A DNA stretch of 64,000 nucleotides from Eledone cirrhosa. Taxonomy: Eukaryota. The stretch lies in the NCBI GenBank assembly GCA_964016885.1, contig OZ024740.1, positions 432,326,001 to 432,390,000 of the forward strand, given 5' to 3'. Position 1 is the stretch's first letter. Every line of letters starts with the position of its first letter. A program made the position numbers and the translations under genes. A model generated the notes under the pieces. The model was given only the letters and a program-made list of their open reading frames with translations. It ran no database searches and was not told the origin of the DNA. This document shows positions 40,180 through 52,473 of this stretch, piece by piece.

Positions 40180-40183
<4 letters not shown>
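39136..40183. repeat. Long near-perfect inverted repeat: arms 39136-39599 and 39723-40183, 123-bp spacer
   Basis: Arms are reverse complements with few mismatches; the mirrored 61-aa ORFs (39341-39526 -, 39796-39981 +) differ at one residue. Confidence 0.97.
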
Positions 40184-40231
<48 letters not shown>

Positions 40232-40249
40232 TACACATACATATTTATC

Positions 40250-40289
<40 letters not shown>

Positions 40290-40751
40290 CGTGTCTGTGT
40301 ATATGTGAGTGTGCATTCATAAAATAAAATTAAATGCTGGGTCATAAGTACAGTGTCTTAAGTACACTGTCTTAAGTACACTGTGTCTTAAGTACACTGG
40401 GTCTTAAGTACACTGGGTCATAAGTAATTGAATTAAACTGAGGAAGAATTGCATGAGAGGCAATAGTGTGTCAGCTTCCTGGTTCATATCTTATCAGGAA
40501 AACCATACAGAAAATGATAGTAATAAATATAGAGTAGAGGTGGGGTGCTGTTTAACATATGTTTTCTGAGCTACAGTACTGAGCTCAAACCTTTTCTTGA
40601 ATAAAATCTGATTTCATTGGGACTCTATGAAGACAACAGCAATGTCTTTTAGCTGATTGTGTGGGGGTGGGGATATACCATGACTTTTAATAATAGCAAA
40701 GAATAAAGAAATAAAAAAACCCATCTACAATAAGTATTATTAATGAAATAC

Positions 40752-40860
40752 CTTGATCTTGGGTAACAAAGTTGGTTGTAATTAGTGGAGGAACCTGACC
40801 TCGGACATTTGTAGTAAAAATACCACTTTTGTTTCGTCTATCATCCTCAATTACTTGAAT
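40752..40860 (-). CDS. SEC24C: SEC24C/D coding exon 5 (IQVIEDDRRNKSGIFTTNVRGQVPPLITTNFVTQDQ)
   Basis: IQVIEDD..F.T..RGQVPPL.TT.F...DQG is typical of the SEC24C/D subfamily; cttag/gtattt sites; phase 0/1. Confidence 0.96.
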
Positions 40861-40950
40861 CTAAGTGAAGAATGATGTAAAAACAATCATTTAATTAGAA
40901 AGGTTTAATAACAAATCTTAATTATAAATAAGACAAAATAAATCCTTTAA

Positions 40951-41169
40951 CCCTTTAACATTTGCACTACTTTATATATACTATTGTATTTTTGTGAAAA
41001 AGGCTTATCTTACAAAATATCTCACATAATATTGAATCTATGAGATTTTGATGATATTTATTTTGAGATCAATACCTTAACGGCAGTATGAGCGGCTGGT
41101 TACAGCTGGTTTGAACAGGAAGAGGTGAGAGAATTGTGGCCGGATATGGCCGGTTTAAATGCGAAAGGG
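40951..41169. mobile_element. piggyBac-like MITE (TTAA|CCCTTT...AAAGGG|TTAA); related copies at ~52649-53075 and ~54560-54820
   Basis: TTAA on both sides, imperfect TIR ccctttaacattt/aaatgcgaaaggg; internal ctcacataatat.gaatctatg.gat shared between copies. Confidence 0.8.
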
Positions 41170-41228
41170 TTAAACATAACAGACATTTAAACAATAGATT
41201 GAAATGTTTAGAATCGTCATAGACTTAC

Positions 41229-41876
41229 TGGGCTGGGCATTTGGTCCGGATCCAATCTTCTCGGTTGCTGCGGTTGCATACCTGAATGGCTGCCAGTGTG
41301 GTAACCACCAGAAGGCATCTGAGATGAAGATCCAGCATAGGGTCCAGAGGATGGGGGTGCAGAAAACTGAGGAGGTGGTTGACCAATAGATGGGGGAGGA
41401 GCCACACCATATGTACTCGAAGCTGCAGAGGAAGATGGAGGCGGCCCTTGGGCCATCATTTGAGGCTGAGGAGGAACTTGACCAAGCATTCCTGAATGTA
41501 CAGGAGTGTTCATTTTTGGAGGAGCTGAGCCATATCCCTGAGGGGGCGGCATAAAGTTAGGTTGAGAACCCATGTTGAGCCCAGAATTTTGGCCATATGA
41601 TTCCATTGGTACTTGACCAGCTGGACGAGGGCCAACACTAGATGGTGGGAGTGGACCAGCACTGGATGAAAAGGGTGGACCAATGTTGGATGTTGGTGGG
41701 GGACCAGCATTCATTTGTAGGGTAGGTCCAATGTTGGATGAGGGTGGAGGGCCAATATTGGTTTGTTGGGGTGGACCATAATTGGGTTGTTGGGGTGGTC
41801 CAACATTGGATGGCATAGGTGGACCAATATTAGTTTGCTGAGGTGGACCCATATTTCCAGATGGTAAATTTCCAGT
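41229..41876 (-). CDS. SEC24C: SEC24C/D coding exon 4, Pro/Gly/Gln-rich region ending RRLDPDQMPSP
   Basis: 648-nt open exon; LDPDQMPSP joins IQV of the next exon (Sec24C/D motif); ttttcag/gtaagt sites; phase 0/0. Confidence 0.95.
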
Positions 41877-43595
41877 CTGAAAAAAACAACAACAATAGCT
41901 TTAATTACACAAAATAATAGAATAAATGTTGAAAAGCCCTAAAAATATATAAGAAAAGTGATAAAAGGTAGAGAAATGAAGAAATGTTATTTTATTGCTG
42001 TTCTAGTTAGAAATGACAGACAATTTATATCTAGAGTCCAAGAAACAGCTGTGTATAATAATTGTTTCTACTTTTCAGCACAAGGCCAGCAATTATCCAA
42101 GTACATTACTGGTACTTTATTTTATCAACCCTGAAAGGATGAAAGGCAAAGTTAACCGTGGCGGGATTTGAACTCGAACCGTAAAGGGATGTAACTATGC
42201 TGCAAAGCATGGTGTCTTACCCTCTACCGATACTGCCAATCCACCGCCCTTTCTGAAGAACTTGTAACTCATCTGTTAGGAGTTGCAACTGGTAGATAGT
42301 ATCAGCAATGGAAAATACCAAAGGAAACATTGTTTCCTTGGTCCAATTTGATGAAATAAAGTGTCTTGCTCAAGGACATAATGCATTGCCCAGTCTGGGA
42401 ATCGAACTCACACCCTCACGATTGTGAATCCAATTCTGTAGCCACTCAGCCACGTACCTTCATTGGTAGAGTTATGTAATACAAATAGATAAGAAATGTT
42501 AAGTACCTTAAGGTATAAAGTTCACGAGGTAGATGCTCCCAACTAGAATACTTTTGATCATAAATCTACTCAATCAGAAGCCTGGGCTAAACAACAAGGG
42601 CAATACAATACATGGTTTCATGAATCAATCACAAAGCAATACATTATAACTAGAGATGCACAACTTCATTTCTATTTCTTCCACTGCTACAAAAATGGTC
42701 TGCTTCAATGAACTAGAAATCTGTATCTCATCTTGGCCAACACTGCCATTATCATCCCTATTCTCTCCACAGATCCTGCCATCCCTCTTCTCCAAAACGG
42801 TAGCCCTTTATAATTGTTTCTACTTTTGGCACAAGGCCAGCAATTATCCCAGTGTATTACTGGTACTTTATTTTATCAACCCCGTAAGGATGAAAGGCAA
42901 AGTTACCCCCGGCGAGATTTGAACTCAGACCATAAAGGGTCGTAATGTCCCCTTCTTACATTTTCCACAGAAGTTTAAACTCAACATTAACTCCCTCAAT
43001 TGTGCCAATCTGGGAGGAACTACAAAACCATCAACACTGTCCTCTCAATAAAGTTGAACATTAAATTAAACAAAAAAAACACTGCATCTCTACAACTTGA
43101 AAAATGTAAAAAAAAAATGGTATGGGTGGGAATAAAAGATCCTTGTACAAACCTGAGGATATCTTCCATCTTGATTTATAGACATGCCAGCCATCTGAGG
43201 TGTGATCTGGAATGAGTTATATTTAAACTTTAATTGCTAAAATTCTGTCTTAAATTAAAATTTCTTTAGGAAATTGTTAAAAAATATATTTCTTTTAAAT
43301 AAAAAAAAGATCCAAATATTATAAGAATTCCAATTTGAAAAATACTACGATGATGACCATCATTTTAACGTCCATTCTCCTTGCTAGCAAGAGTTGGACA
43401 TTGTAAACTAGAAGAAATAAATTTGTTTTTAACACTTTAATATTGATTCTCATTAAATTGAATTTATAGAAATTATTTAAACAAGTAAATAAATTAATGG
43501 TACACATACTGACCTTGGTGGATATACTATGTACATCAAAACATTAACAAGCTAAAACATATTTAATTGATGTTAAGGTATATGTTTTTATATAC

Positions 43596-44043
43596 TGGAG
43601 GCACATGGCTCAGTGGTTAGAGCATTGGCCTTGCAATCGAAAGGTTGTGAGTTCAATTCTCAGACCGGGTGATGTGTTGTTTCCTTGAACAAGACACTTT
43701 ATTTCACATTGCTCCAGTTTACTCAGCTGTAGAAATGAGATGATAGGGACTGGGGTCCCTATCATTCCACTGCAAAGTGGTCGTGGAGGTGCCACGGCAA
43801 AAAAGCACCCAGCACTCACTGTAAAGTGGTCGTGGAGGTGCCACGGCAAAAAAGCACCCAGCACTCACTGTAAAGTGGTCGTGGAGGTGCCACGGCAAAA
43901 AAGCACCCAGCACTCACTGTAAATGAGGTTGGTGTTAGGAAGGGCATCCAGCTGTAGAAATCAAGTCAGAATCAGTTCCCGTCCCACCCTTTCAAGCAGG
44001 GAAAAGCGGACGTAAAATGAAATGATGATGATGATGATGATGA
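43596..44043 (+). mobile_element. tRNA-derived SINE family B with a triplicated 49-bp internal unit
   Basis: tRNA-like head (tggctcagtgg..ttgcaa..gagttcaattc), ccttgaacaagacactt core-like block, RTE-like body, (GAT)n tail. Confidence 0.88.
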
Positions 44044-44355
44044 TACTAAAGTCTGTCTTGAGCCCACAGGCTCATCAGGCTGGTGCTTATCCAGGTTTCT
44101 GCGGCATTATGTGACAGAGTTCAAGGCTCCCCCACTGGACAAGACACCAGTCCATTGTAGAGTTAAAGACCCAGCTATCGCTGGTATTCATTTTCAGTAT
44201 ACTGGAACATGAAGTGTTTTTCTCAAGAACACAATACACAACCCTGTCCAGGAATCAAACCCACAACATTATGACCGTAAGTCCAACACCTCCTCATACA
44301 GTCAATTAGAAATCCCCTAATTAATAGAATATAATTAAAGACATCTAAATGATAC

Positions 44356-44557
44356 CTGGGACATTGGTGGAGCTTCTCTATATTGATTTTGTATCTGTGT
44401 AGGCATTGTTCCAGAAACCTGTGGAGGTGGACCAATTGGCCTAGAGAACTGTTGCATCATTGGAGGTTGAGCTGGAGGTGGAGCCATTTGTTGACTAGTG
44501 GAAACAGGTTGCCCACTAAATACCATATGTGGCTGGTTGTTGTTGGATGGTACCATT
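44356..44557 (-). CDS. SEC24C: SEC24C/D coding exon 3 (RMVPSNNNQPHMVFSGQP..YREAPPMSQ)
   Basis: Pro/Gln-rich; ctttcag/gtatca sites; phase 2/0 fits both neighbours. Confidence 0.85.
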
Positions 44558-45136
44558 CTGAAAGAGATATGGTTCCAGTTTATTTTTATTTGTTAACATT
44601 TATAGAAAAAAAGGGGGAAATGTTGAGGGGTGTAATGGTGTTTAAATGAAAGTTTTCAATTGTTTCTCAATTTGTTAATTATATTTTTCTAGATTTAACT
44701 TACTTGGCATGCTTAGGTTGCTTCAAGAAGACATTAAGTCCAAGACTTTGGGATTTATGCTGACTTGAAATTAATTTTGGTATGTGTTTATTTTTCTTAA
44801 GGAACTTATTAGGAATAAAAACCTGACTTAAATCACCAGGAGTTTACCATCTACATAATACAGAACTAATCTATTGAAATAAATTTGGTCCATTATTACA
44901 AAGGTCATTGTTATATTAATAATAACTTCTCATATTTGTGACAAAGTTTCCTAATAACAGAATAAATTTCTAGGTCAAATGGAAAACTCATACATTTAAA
45001 AATTAGATAAAATGTTTAGCTAGAAAAATAATAACAAAAACCTTTAAATACACAAAAAAAAAATTGTTAGTAGAATGTGATTAATAAAACAATATATGAA
45101 ATATTTTTAATTAAGGTTACAGATAAATGGACAAAC

Positions 45137-45266
45137 CTATTGCCATCTGTTGGATAGTTTCTGAAATTGGCATTATCTGTTTGGGGTCCATTTTGTGCTT
45201 GACCACTCATTTCATATTGACCTGGGGGTCCCATACCTTGCTTCATAGGTGGAAATCCTGTGGGTC
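45137..45266 (-). CDS. SEC24C: SEC24C/D coding exon 2 (GPTGFPPMKQGMGPPGQYEMSGQAQNGPQTDNANFRNYPTDGN)
   Basis: ttgatag/gtttgt sites; phase 1/2 fits both neighbours. Confidence 0.82.
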
Positions 45267-45814
45267 CTATCAAAGACAATTTTACATAAGCAATTTCGAA
45301 AGAGAAAGAGAAAAAAAGAGTATATTTTAAATATTTTAATAGGATAAAATAAAATAAAACCAAATTCCATTAACTTGTTTTTGTCTGGAGAATTGGACAT
45401 GGTTAACATTATTACATTGGAATTATTGTAAGTTTGAAGTGAGAGAGAGGGAGGGGGAGAATTGGGTAGAACCTTTAACAGAAGTGAGACAAAGTGCTGG
45501 GATTGAAATGACAAAGGTCTAGCTGTTTGGATTGTTCTTTAAATCTATATCAACTTTGATTGTACAAATCTATGATGAAAGAAAATTCCAGCCATGACCA
45601 TCTTGTTTTCATCAGATACATATCTATGACATTCCAGCCATGACGATCCTGTTTTTATCATATATATATATATATATATATATACCCAAGACATTCCAGC
45701 CATGACCATTCTGTTTTTATCATATATATATCCATGTTATTCCAGGCAATATAGTGTTGTTCTGTTTTATATTGGTAGAAAGAAATTTTGATATTTCTAA
45801 TGGATTGTGCAACT

Positions 45815-47420
45815 ATATAGAGACTCCATTATTAGTTTGAACAAGTCTGGGCAGAGGTGAGATGTGGTTAGTTCTTGTAGAGAGAGAGACAGAGACTGTA
45901 TGTAGAGATTCCATTATTAGTTTGAACAAGTCTGGGCAGAGGTGAGATGTGGTTAGTTCTTGTAGAGAGAGAGACAGAGACTGTATGTAGAGATTCCATT
46001 ATTAGTTTGAACAAGTCTGGGCAGAGGTGAGATGTGGTTAGTTCTTGTAGAGAGAGAGACAGAGACTGTATGTAGAGATTCCATTATTAGTTTGAACAAG
46101 TCTGGGCAGAGGTGAGATGTGGTTAGTTCTTGTAGAGAGAGACACAGAGACTGTATGTAGAGATTCCATTATTAGTTTGAACAAGTCTGGGCAGAGGTGA
46201 GATGTGGTTAGTTCTTGTAGAGAGAGAGACAGAGACTGTATGTAGAGATTCCATTATTAGTTTGAACAAGTCTGGGCAGAGGTGAGATGTGGTTAGTTCT
46301 TGTAGAGAGAGAGACAGAGACTGTATGTAGAGATTCCATTATTAGTTTGAACAAGTCTGGGCAGAGGTGAGATGTGGTTAGTTCTTGTAGAGAGAGAGAC
46401 AGAGACTGTATGTAGAGATTCCATTATTAGTTTGAACAAGTCTGGGCAGAGGTGAGATGTGGTTAGTTCTTGTAGAGAGAGACACAGAGACTGTATGTAG
46501 AGATTCCATTATTAGTTTGAACAAGTCTGGGCAGAGGTGAGATGTGGTTAGTTCTTGTAGAGAGAGACACAGAGACTATATGTAGAGATTCCATTATTAG
46601 TTTGAACAAGTCTGGGCAGAGGTGAGATATGGTTAGTTCTTGTAGAGAGAGACACAGAGACTGTATGTAGAGATTCCATTATTAGTTTGAACAAGTCTGG
46701 ACAGAGGTGAGATGTGGTTAGTTCTTGTAGAGAGAGACACAGAGACTGTATGTAGAGATTCCATTATTAGTTTGAACAAGTCTGGGCAGAGGTGAGATGT
46801 GGTTAGTTCTTGGAGAGACAGAGACTGTATGTAGAGATTCCATTATTAGTTTGAACAAGTCTGGGCAGAGGTGAGATGTGGTTAGTTCTTGTAGAGAGAG
46901 AGACAGAGACTGTATGTAGAGATTCCATTATTAGTTTGAACAAGTCTGGGCAGAGGTGAGATGTGGTTAGTTCTTGTAGAGAGAGAGACAGAGACTGTAT
47001 GTAGAGATTCCATTATTAGTTTGAACAAGTCTGGGCAGAGGTGAGATGTGGTTAGTTCTTGTAGAGAGAGAGACAGAGACTGTATGTAGAGATTCCATTA
47101 TTAGTTTGAACAAGTCTGGGCAGAGGTGAGATGTGGTTAGTTCTTGTAGAGAGAGACACAGAGACTGTATGTAGAGATTCCATTATTAGTTTGAACAAGT
47201 CTGGGCAGAGGTGAGATGTGGTTAGTTCTTGTAGAGAGAGACACAGAGACTATATGTAGAGATTCCATTATTAGTTTGAACAAGTCTGGGCAGAGGTGAG
47301 ATATGGTTAGTTCTTGTAGAGAGAGACACAGAGACTGTATGTAGAGATTCCATTATTAGTTTGAACAAGTCTGGGCAGAGGTGAGATGTGGTTAGTTCTT
47401 GTAGAGAGAGAGACAGAGAT
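45815..47420. repeat. 85-bp minisatellite, ~19 highly homogeneous copies
   Basis: tgtagagattccattattagtttgaacaagtctggg recurs at 45901, 45986, 46071 and onward. Confidence 0.97.
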
Positions 47421-49144
47421 TGTTTTGAAGTAGTGAAAATGACAGTATGTAGCTAATTATGACAGAATATTGATGACTATTGCTCTTCCTATCATGAAAA
47501 AGAGAGCAAGTGTGTGAGTGTAAATCTGAGTGTGACTGTGTACACATGATAGAGAGAGGGGCATATGTGCTTTGCAAAGCGTTACAACCTATTCTGTGCT
47601 AAAGAATTTTCTAACTAAACGGATAATGATGAGTACCAAATAGTTGTGATTACCATTTGTAGGAGGTATAGTGGTGTGGGTAAAACAATGTTCCTAAGAT
47701 GTTATAGTCACCATTTGTGGGAGCTGTAGTGGTGTGGGTAAAACAATGTTCCTAAGATGATGCAATGTCAAGAGTGTATTTCCTTTCAGACATAAAAAAA
47801 CCCAAATATATGCCCTACATTTCCAGATGACCTTAATTTAGTCCTTTATTATTAAAATTAATCAACTAGCCATGGACTGTTAGCTACACTGCTTAGAATT
47901 TGTTATTTAAATTGTTTTTTATTCTAAATATGATAAATAGTGCAAACATTTCTCAAATATTGAAGTTAGAGGCTATTTGTCCATCTGATATAAAAACTAA
48001 GTATCAGATATCTTTTCAATGTTCTCAGCAATATGATAACGTACATTTTACTTTACAAACTAAAATAACCAATACAGTTTAGAAGAACTGGCCATAATAC
48101 AAGCATGGCTGTGTAGTTAAGAAATTAAGTTAATATCAACAATGTTTGGAGGAGTACTGAAAAGTTCCTGGCTTTGGGTAAAAGAAAATACAGGAGGATC
48201 AGTTAGTTTTTACTTTATTCAAGATATTCTCCTCGTAAATTCACACACTTATTGCAATGGTCCTACTTCCCCTGTAAAGGTAACAGCCCTACCTCCTCTG
48301 TAAAGGTAACAGCTCTACCCTTTCATAATTGTTTCTACTTTTGGCACAAGGCCAGCAATTATCCCAGTGTATTACTGGTACTTTATTTTATCAACCCCAT
48401 AAGGATGAAAAGCAAAGTTAACCTTGGCAGGATTTGAACTTAGACAATAAAGGGCCGTAACTCTTTGTTACCCTTTCATAATAATGCCAAGAACTTTTCA
48501 ACAACCCTTCATATTTAATGTAGGGAACATTAGAAAACTAACAGTTGTATACTTTAGAAGAACTAGCCATAATACATGTGTGATTGTGTAGTTAAGAAAT
48601 TAACTTAATCTTAACATATTTAATGAGGCAGCATTAGAAAACTAATTTTTTTTTTCTTCTTTAAAATTATACATTAATTAGAAATTCCAGCCAATAATTC
48701 CATACTGAAATACAAACCTGCCACAGCAGTTGTTAGTTCTGGAGTTCTTATAATTCAATATAATGGCAAATCAGAAAAGGAGGGGAAAGGCAAGGCCACA
48801 GAAGAAGGGGGGGGGCCTCTGGGCCTAGGGCGTGGTGGTGTTGGGGCTGTGTCCCGCAGACAAGACTGCAAAAGTATTTCTGCGTCATTAGTAATAATTT
48901 AGCTGCAAAGAAAAACAAATATCAGTCAATGAGGAATATTGTTTCTCTTTTAGTGTCAAGTACAGTTGACAACTCTGGACATTCTTTAACCTTATTATAG
49001 TGTGAGGGGGGGGGGGGGGGGGGGGCAGAGAAAGAAAATCCTGGTCTGACAACATCAAAGACTAGTCACAACACTGAGACCTTTCTATGTATGACAGAGA
49101 ATAGAGATCTGTGGTGACAGTTGACTACAAATGTGTCTAGGGTG

Positions 49145-51630
49145 ACAGCCCAACAACTGGCTGTACAAGTGGCACCCCAACAACTGGCTGTACCAGTGGC
49201 ACATCTAGAGTGGAACCCCAATGACTGGCTGTACCAGTGGCACATCTACAGTGGCATGCTAACGATTGGCTGTACCAGTGGCACATCTAGAGTGGCATAC
49301 CAACGATTGGCTGTACCAGTGGCACATCTAGAGTGGCACCCCAACTACTAGCAGTACCAGTGGCACATCTAGGGTGGCACCCCAACAACTGGCTGCATCA
49401 GTGGCACCCCAACAACTGGCTGTACCAGTGGCACATCTAGAGTGGAACCCCAATGACTGGCTGTACCAGTGGCACCCAAACCTGTAGCTGCACCAGTGGC
49501 ACCCCAACTACTAGCTGCATCAGTGGCACCCCAACTACTAGCTGCACCAGTGGCACCCAAACCTGTAGCTGCACCAGTGGCACCCCAACTACTAGCTGCA
49601 CCAGTGGCACCCCAACTACTAGCTGCACCAGTGGCACCCCAACTACTAGCTGTACCAGTGGCACCCCAACTACTAGCTGTACCAGTGGCACCCCAACTAC
49701 TAGCTGCACCAGTGGCACCCCAACTACTAGCTGCACCAGTGGCACCCCAACTACTAGCTGTACCAGTGGCACCCCAACTACTAGCAGCACCAGTGGCACC
49801 CCAACTACTAGCTGTACCAGTGGCACCCCAACTACTAGCTGTACCAGTGGCACCCCAACTACTAGCAGCACCAGTGGCACCCCAACTACTAGCTGCACCA
49901 GTGGCACCCCAACTACTAGCTGTACCAGTGGCACCCCAACTACTAGCTGCACCAGTGGCACCCCAACTACTAGCTGTACCAGTGGCACCCCAACTACTAG
50001 CAGCACCAGTGGCACCCCAACTACTAGCTGCACCAGTGGCACCCCAACTACTAGCTGTACCAGTGGCACCCCAACTACTAGCTGCACCAGTGGCACCCCA
50101 ACAACTGGCTGTACCAGTGGCACCCCAACTACTAGCTGTACCAGTGGCACCCCAACTACTAGCTGTACCAGTGGCACCCCAACAACTGGCTGTACCAGTG
50201 GCACCCCAACTACTAGCTGTACCAGTGGCACCCCAACTACTGGCTGCACCAGTGGCACCCAAACCTGTAGCTGCACCAGTGGCACCCCAACTACTAGCTG
50301 CACCAGTGGCACCCCAACTACTAGCTGTACCAGTGGCACCCCAACTACTAGCTGCACCAGTGGCACCCCAACTACTAGCTGTACCAGTGGCACCCCAACT
50401 ACTAGCTGTACCAGTGGCACCCCAACAACTGGCTGTACCAGTGGCACCCCAACTACTAGCTGTACCAGTGGCACCCCAACTACTGGCTGCACCAGTGGCA
50501 CCCAAACCTGTAGCTGCACCAGTGGCACCCCAACTACTAGCTGCACCAGTGGCACCCCAACTACTAGCTGCACCAGTGGCACCCCAACTACTAGCTGTAC
50601 CAGTGGCACCCCAACTACTAGCTGTACCAGTGGCACCCCAACAACTGGCTGTACCAGTGGCACCCCAACTACTAGCTGTACCAGTGGCACCCCAACTACT
50701 GGCTGCACCAGTGGCACCCAAACCTGTAGCTGCACCAGTGGCACCCCAACTACTAGCTGCACCAGTGGCACCCCAACTACTAGCAGCACTAGTGGCACCC
50801 CAACTACTAGCTGTACCAGTGGCACCCCAACTACTAGCTGTACCAGTGGCACCCCAACAACTGGCTGCACCAGTGGCACCCAAACCTGTAGCTGCACCAG
50901 TGGCACCCCAACTACTAGCTGCACCAGTGACACCCCAACTACTAGCTGTACCAGTGGCACCCCAACAACTGGCTGTACCAGTGGCACCCCAACTACTAGC
51001 TGCACCAGTGGCACCCCAACTACTAGCTGCACCAGTGGCACCCCAACTACTAGCTGCACCAGTGGCACCCCAACTACTAGCAGCACCAGTGGCACCCCAA
51101 CTACTAGCTGTACCAGTGACACCCCAACTACTAGCTGTACCAGTGGCACCCCAACAACTGGCTGTACCAGTGGCACCCCAACTACTAGCTGCACCAGTGG
51201 CACCCCAACTACTAGCTGCACCAGTGGCACCCCAACTACTAGCTGCACCAGTGGCACCCCAACTACTAGCAGCACCAGTGGCACCCCAACTACTAGCTGC
51301 ACCAGTGGCACCCCAACTACTAGCTGCACCAGTGGCACCCCAACTACTAGCTGCACCAGTGGCACCCCAACTACTAGCTGCACCAGTGGCACCCCAACTA
51401 CTAGCTGCACCAGTGGCACCCCAACTACTAGCTGTACCAGTGGCACCCCAACTACTAGCTGTACCAGTGGCACCCCAACTACTAGCTGTACCAGTGGCAC
51501 CCCAACTACTAGCAGCACCAGTGGCACCCCAACTACTAGCTGCACCAGTGGCACCCCAACTACTAGCTGCACCAGTGGCACCCCAACTACTAGCAGCACC
51601 AGTGGCACCCCAACTACTAGCTGCACCAGT
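49145..51630. repeat. 27-bp minisatellite (accagtggcaccccaactactagctgY), ~80 regular copies plus a degenerate left flank
   Basis: 27-bp period; gives 9-aa repeat ORFs in four frames. Confidence 0.97.
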
Positions 51631-52319
51631 TGTGGGAACATAATTGATAGTCATTCTATTTTACACTTAAGAACATTTATATCCTTTTACTGTGTAATTA
51701 AGAAGCCACAGTGACATAGCTCTAAGTTTAAACTGTGCACCACCTTGGGTGAGCACTATTTTCCGTAGCCTTGAGTTAGATTGGGGAGGGGGGACTGAGT
51801 AAATGCAAACTGTGCAGATGCCCATTAGATGAACTGTACATATTCTTTAGTAATGAACTTAATGATTTAGCAGAGTTCTCTCTATTGTAAGTATCTGGAG
51901 CAGGCCTCTAGTTTGAGGATTATTTATCTAGGTATCTTCTAACTGACCCTTACTAATCAAAGATGACCTATAAAAGAATGTCAAATAATTCACCGATCCT
52001 CCTCTGGCTAAACCATAACAATTAATAAAAAATAAAAAAACAAGACAAAATAGATTTCAGTAGAGACAACAATCCTGTTTCTCAACCTTAAACACTTTGC
52101 AATATCTCTGCATAGTTTTAGTGAAATAAGTTTCTATTTTTAAATACCACCAAATGCTGTGAGAAATAATCCCACAAACATTAATGCTATATTTCGGTTT
52201 CCCATGTTTAATTTACAACAGAAGAGTACATTTTTATACTAATTTCAGTTTAGAAAACAAACATTTTAAGAAGACTTTGTGGATATAAAAGCAAAGAAAT
52301 AAAGAGTGAATAGAGTTAC

Positions 52320-52473
52320 CTCTATTGCCAGGTGGTCGTTGCACCATATTTGGCCCATTATACATGTTCTGTCCAGGCAAATGAGGTCGTGAAGGAGGAG
52401 CAGCTGGTACTTGGATCCCACCTCCATGTGGAGTTACACCAGGACCAAACCCACTATGATACTGAGGGTTCAT
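52320..52473 (-). CDS. SEC24C: SEC24C/D first coding exon (MNPQYHSGFGPGVTPHGGGIQVPAAPPSRPHLPGQNMYNGPNMVQRPPGNR); exon extends to 52489
   Basis: acaATG start context; acceptor ttttag at 52490-91 implies an upstream non-coding exon; donor gtaact; phase 1 fits the next exon. Confidence 0.82.

Noticed and set aside
43596-43670. tRNA-Ala(TGC)-like gene (also 55918, 31180, 32310)
   Set aside because: No proper acceptor stem, and it continues into a SINE body and tail; these are SINE heads.
48716-48902. Possible extra Pro-rich SEC24 exon (ttgcag acceptor, PTPPRPRPRGPPP)
   Set aside because: The frames I tested hit stops before the candidate donor, and exons 52320 and 45266 already join in phase. 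An alternative exon cannot be excluded without RNA data.
49453-51714. Antifreeze- or mucin-like Thr/Cys repeat protein
   Set aside because: No signal peptide or unique domains, three other frames are equally open, and it lies in an intron; explained by the 27-bp unit.
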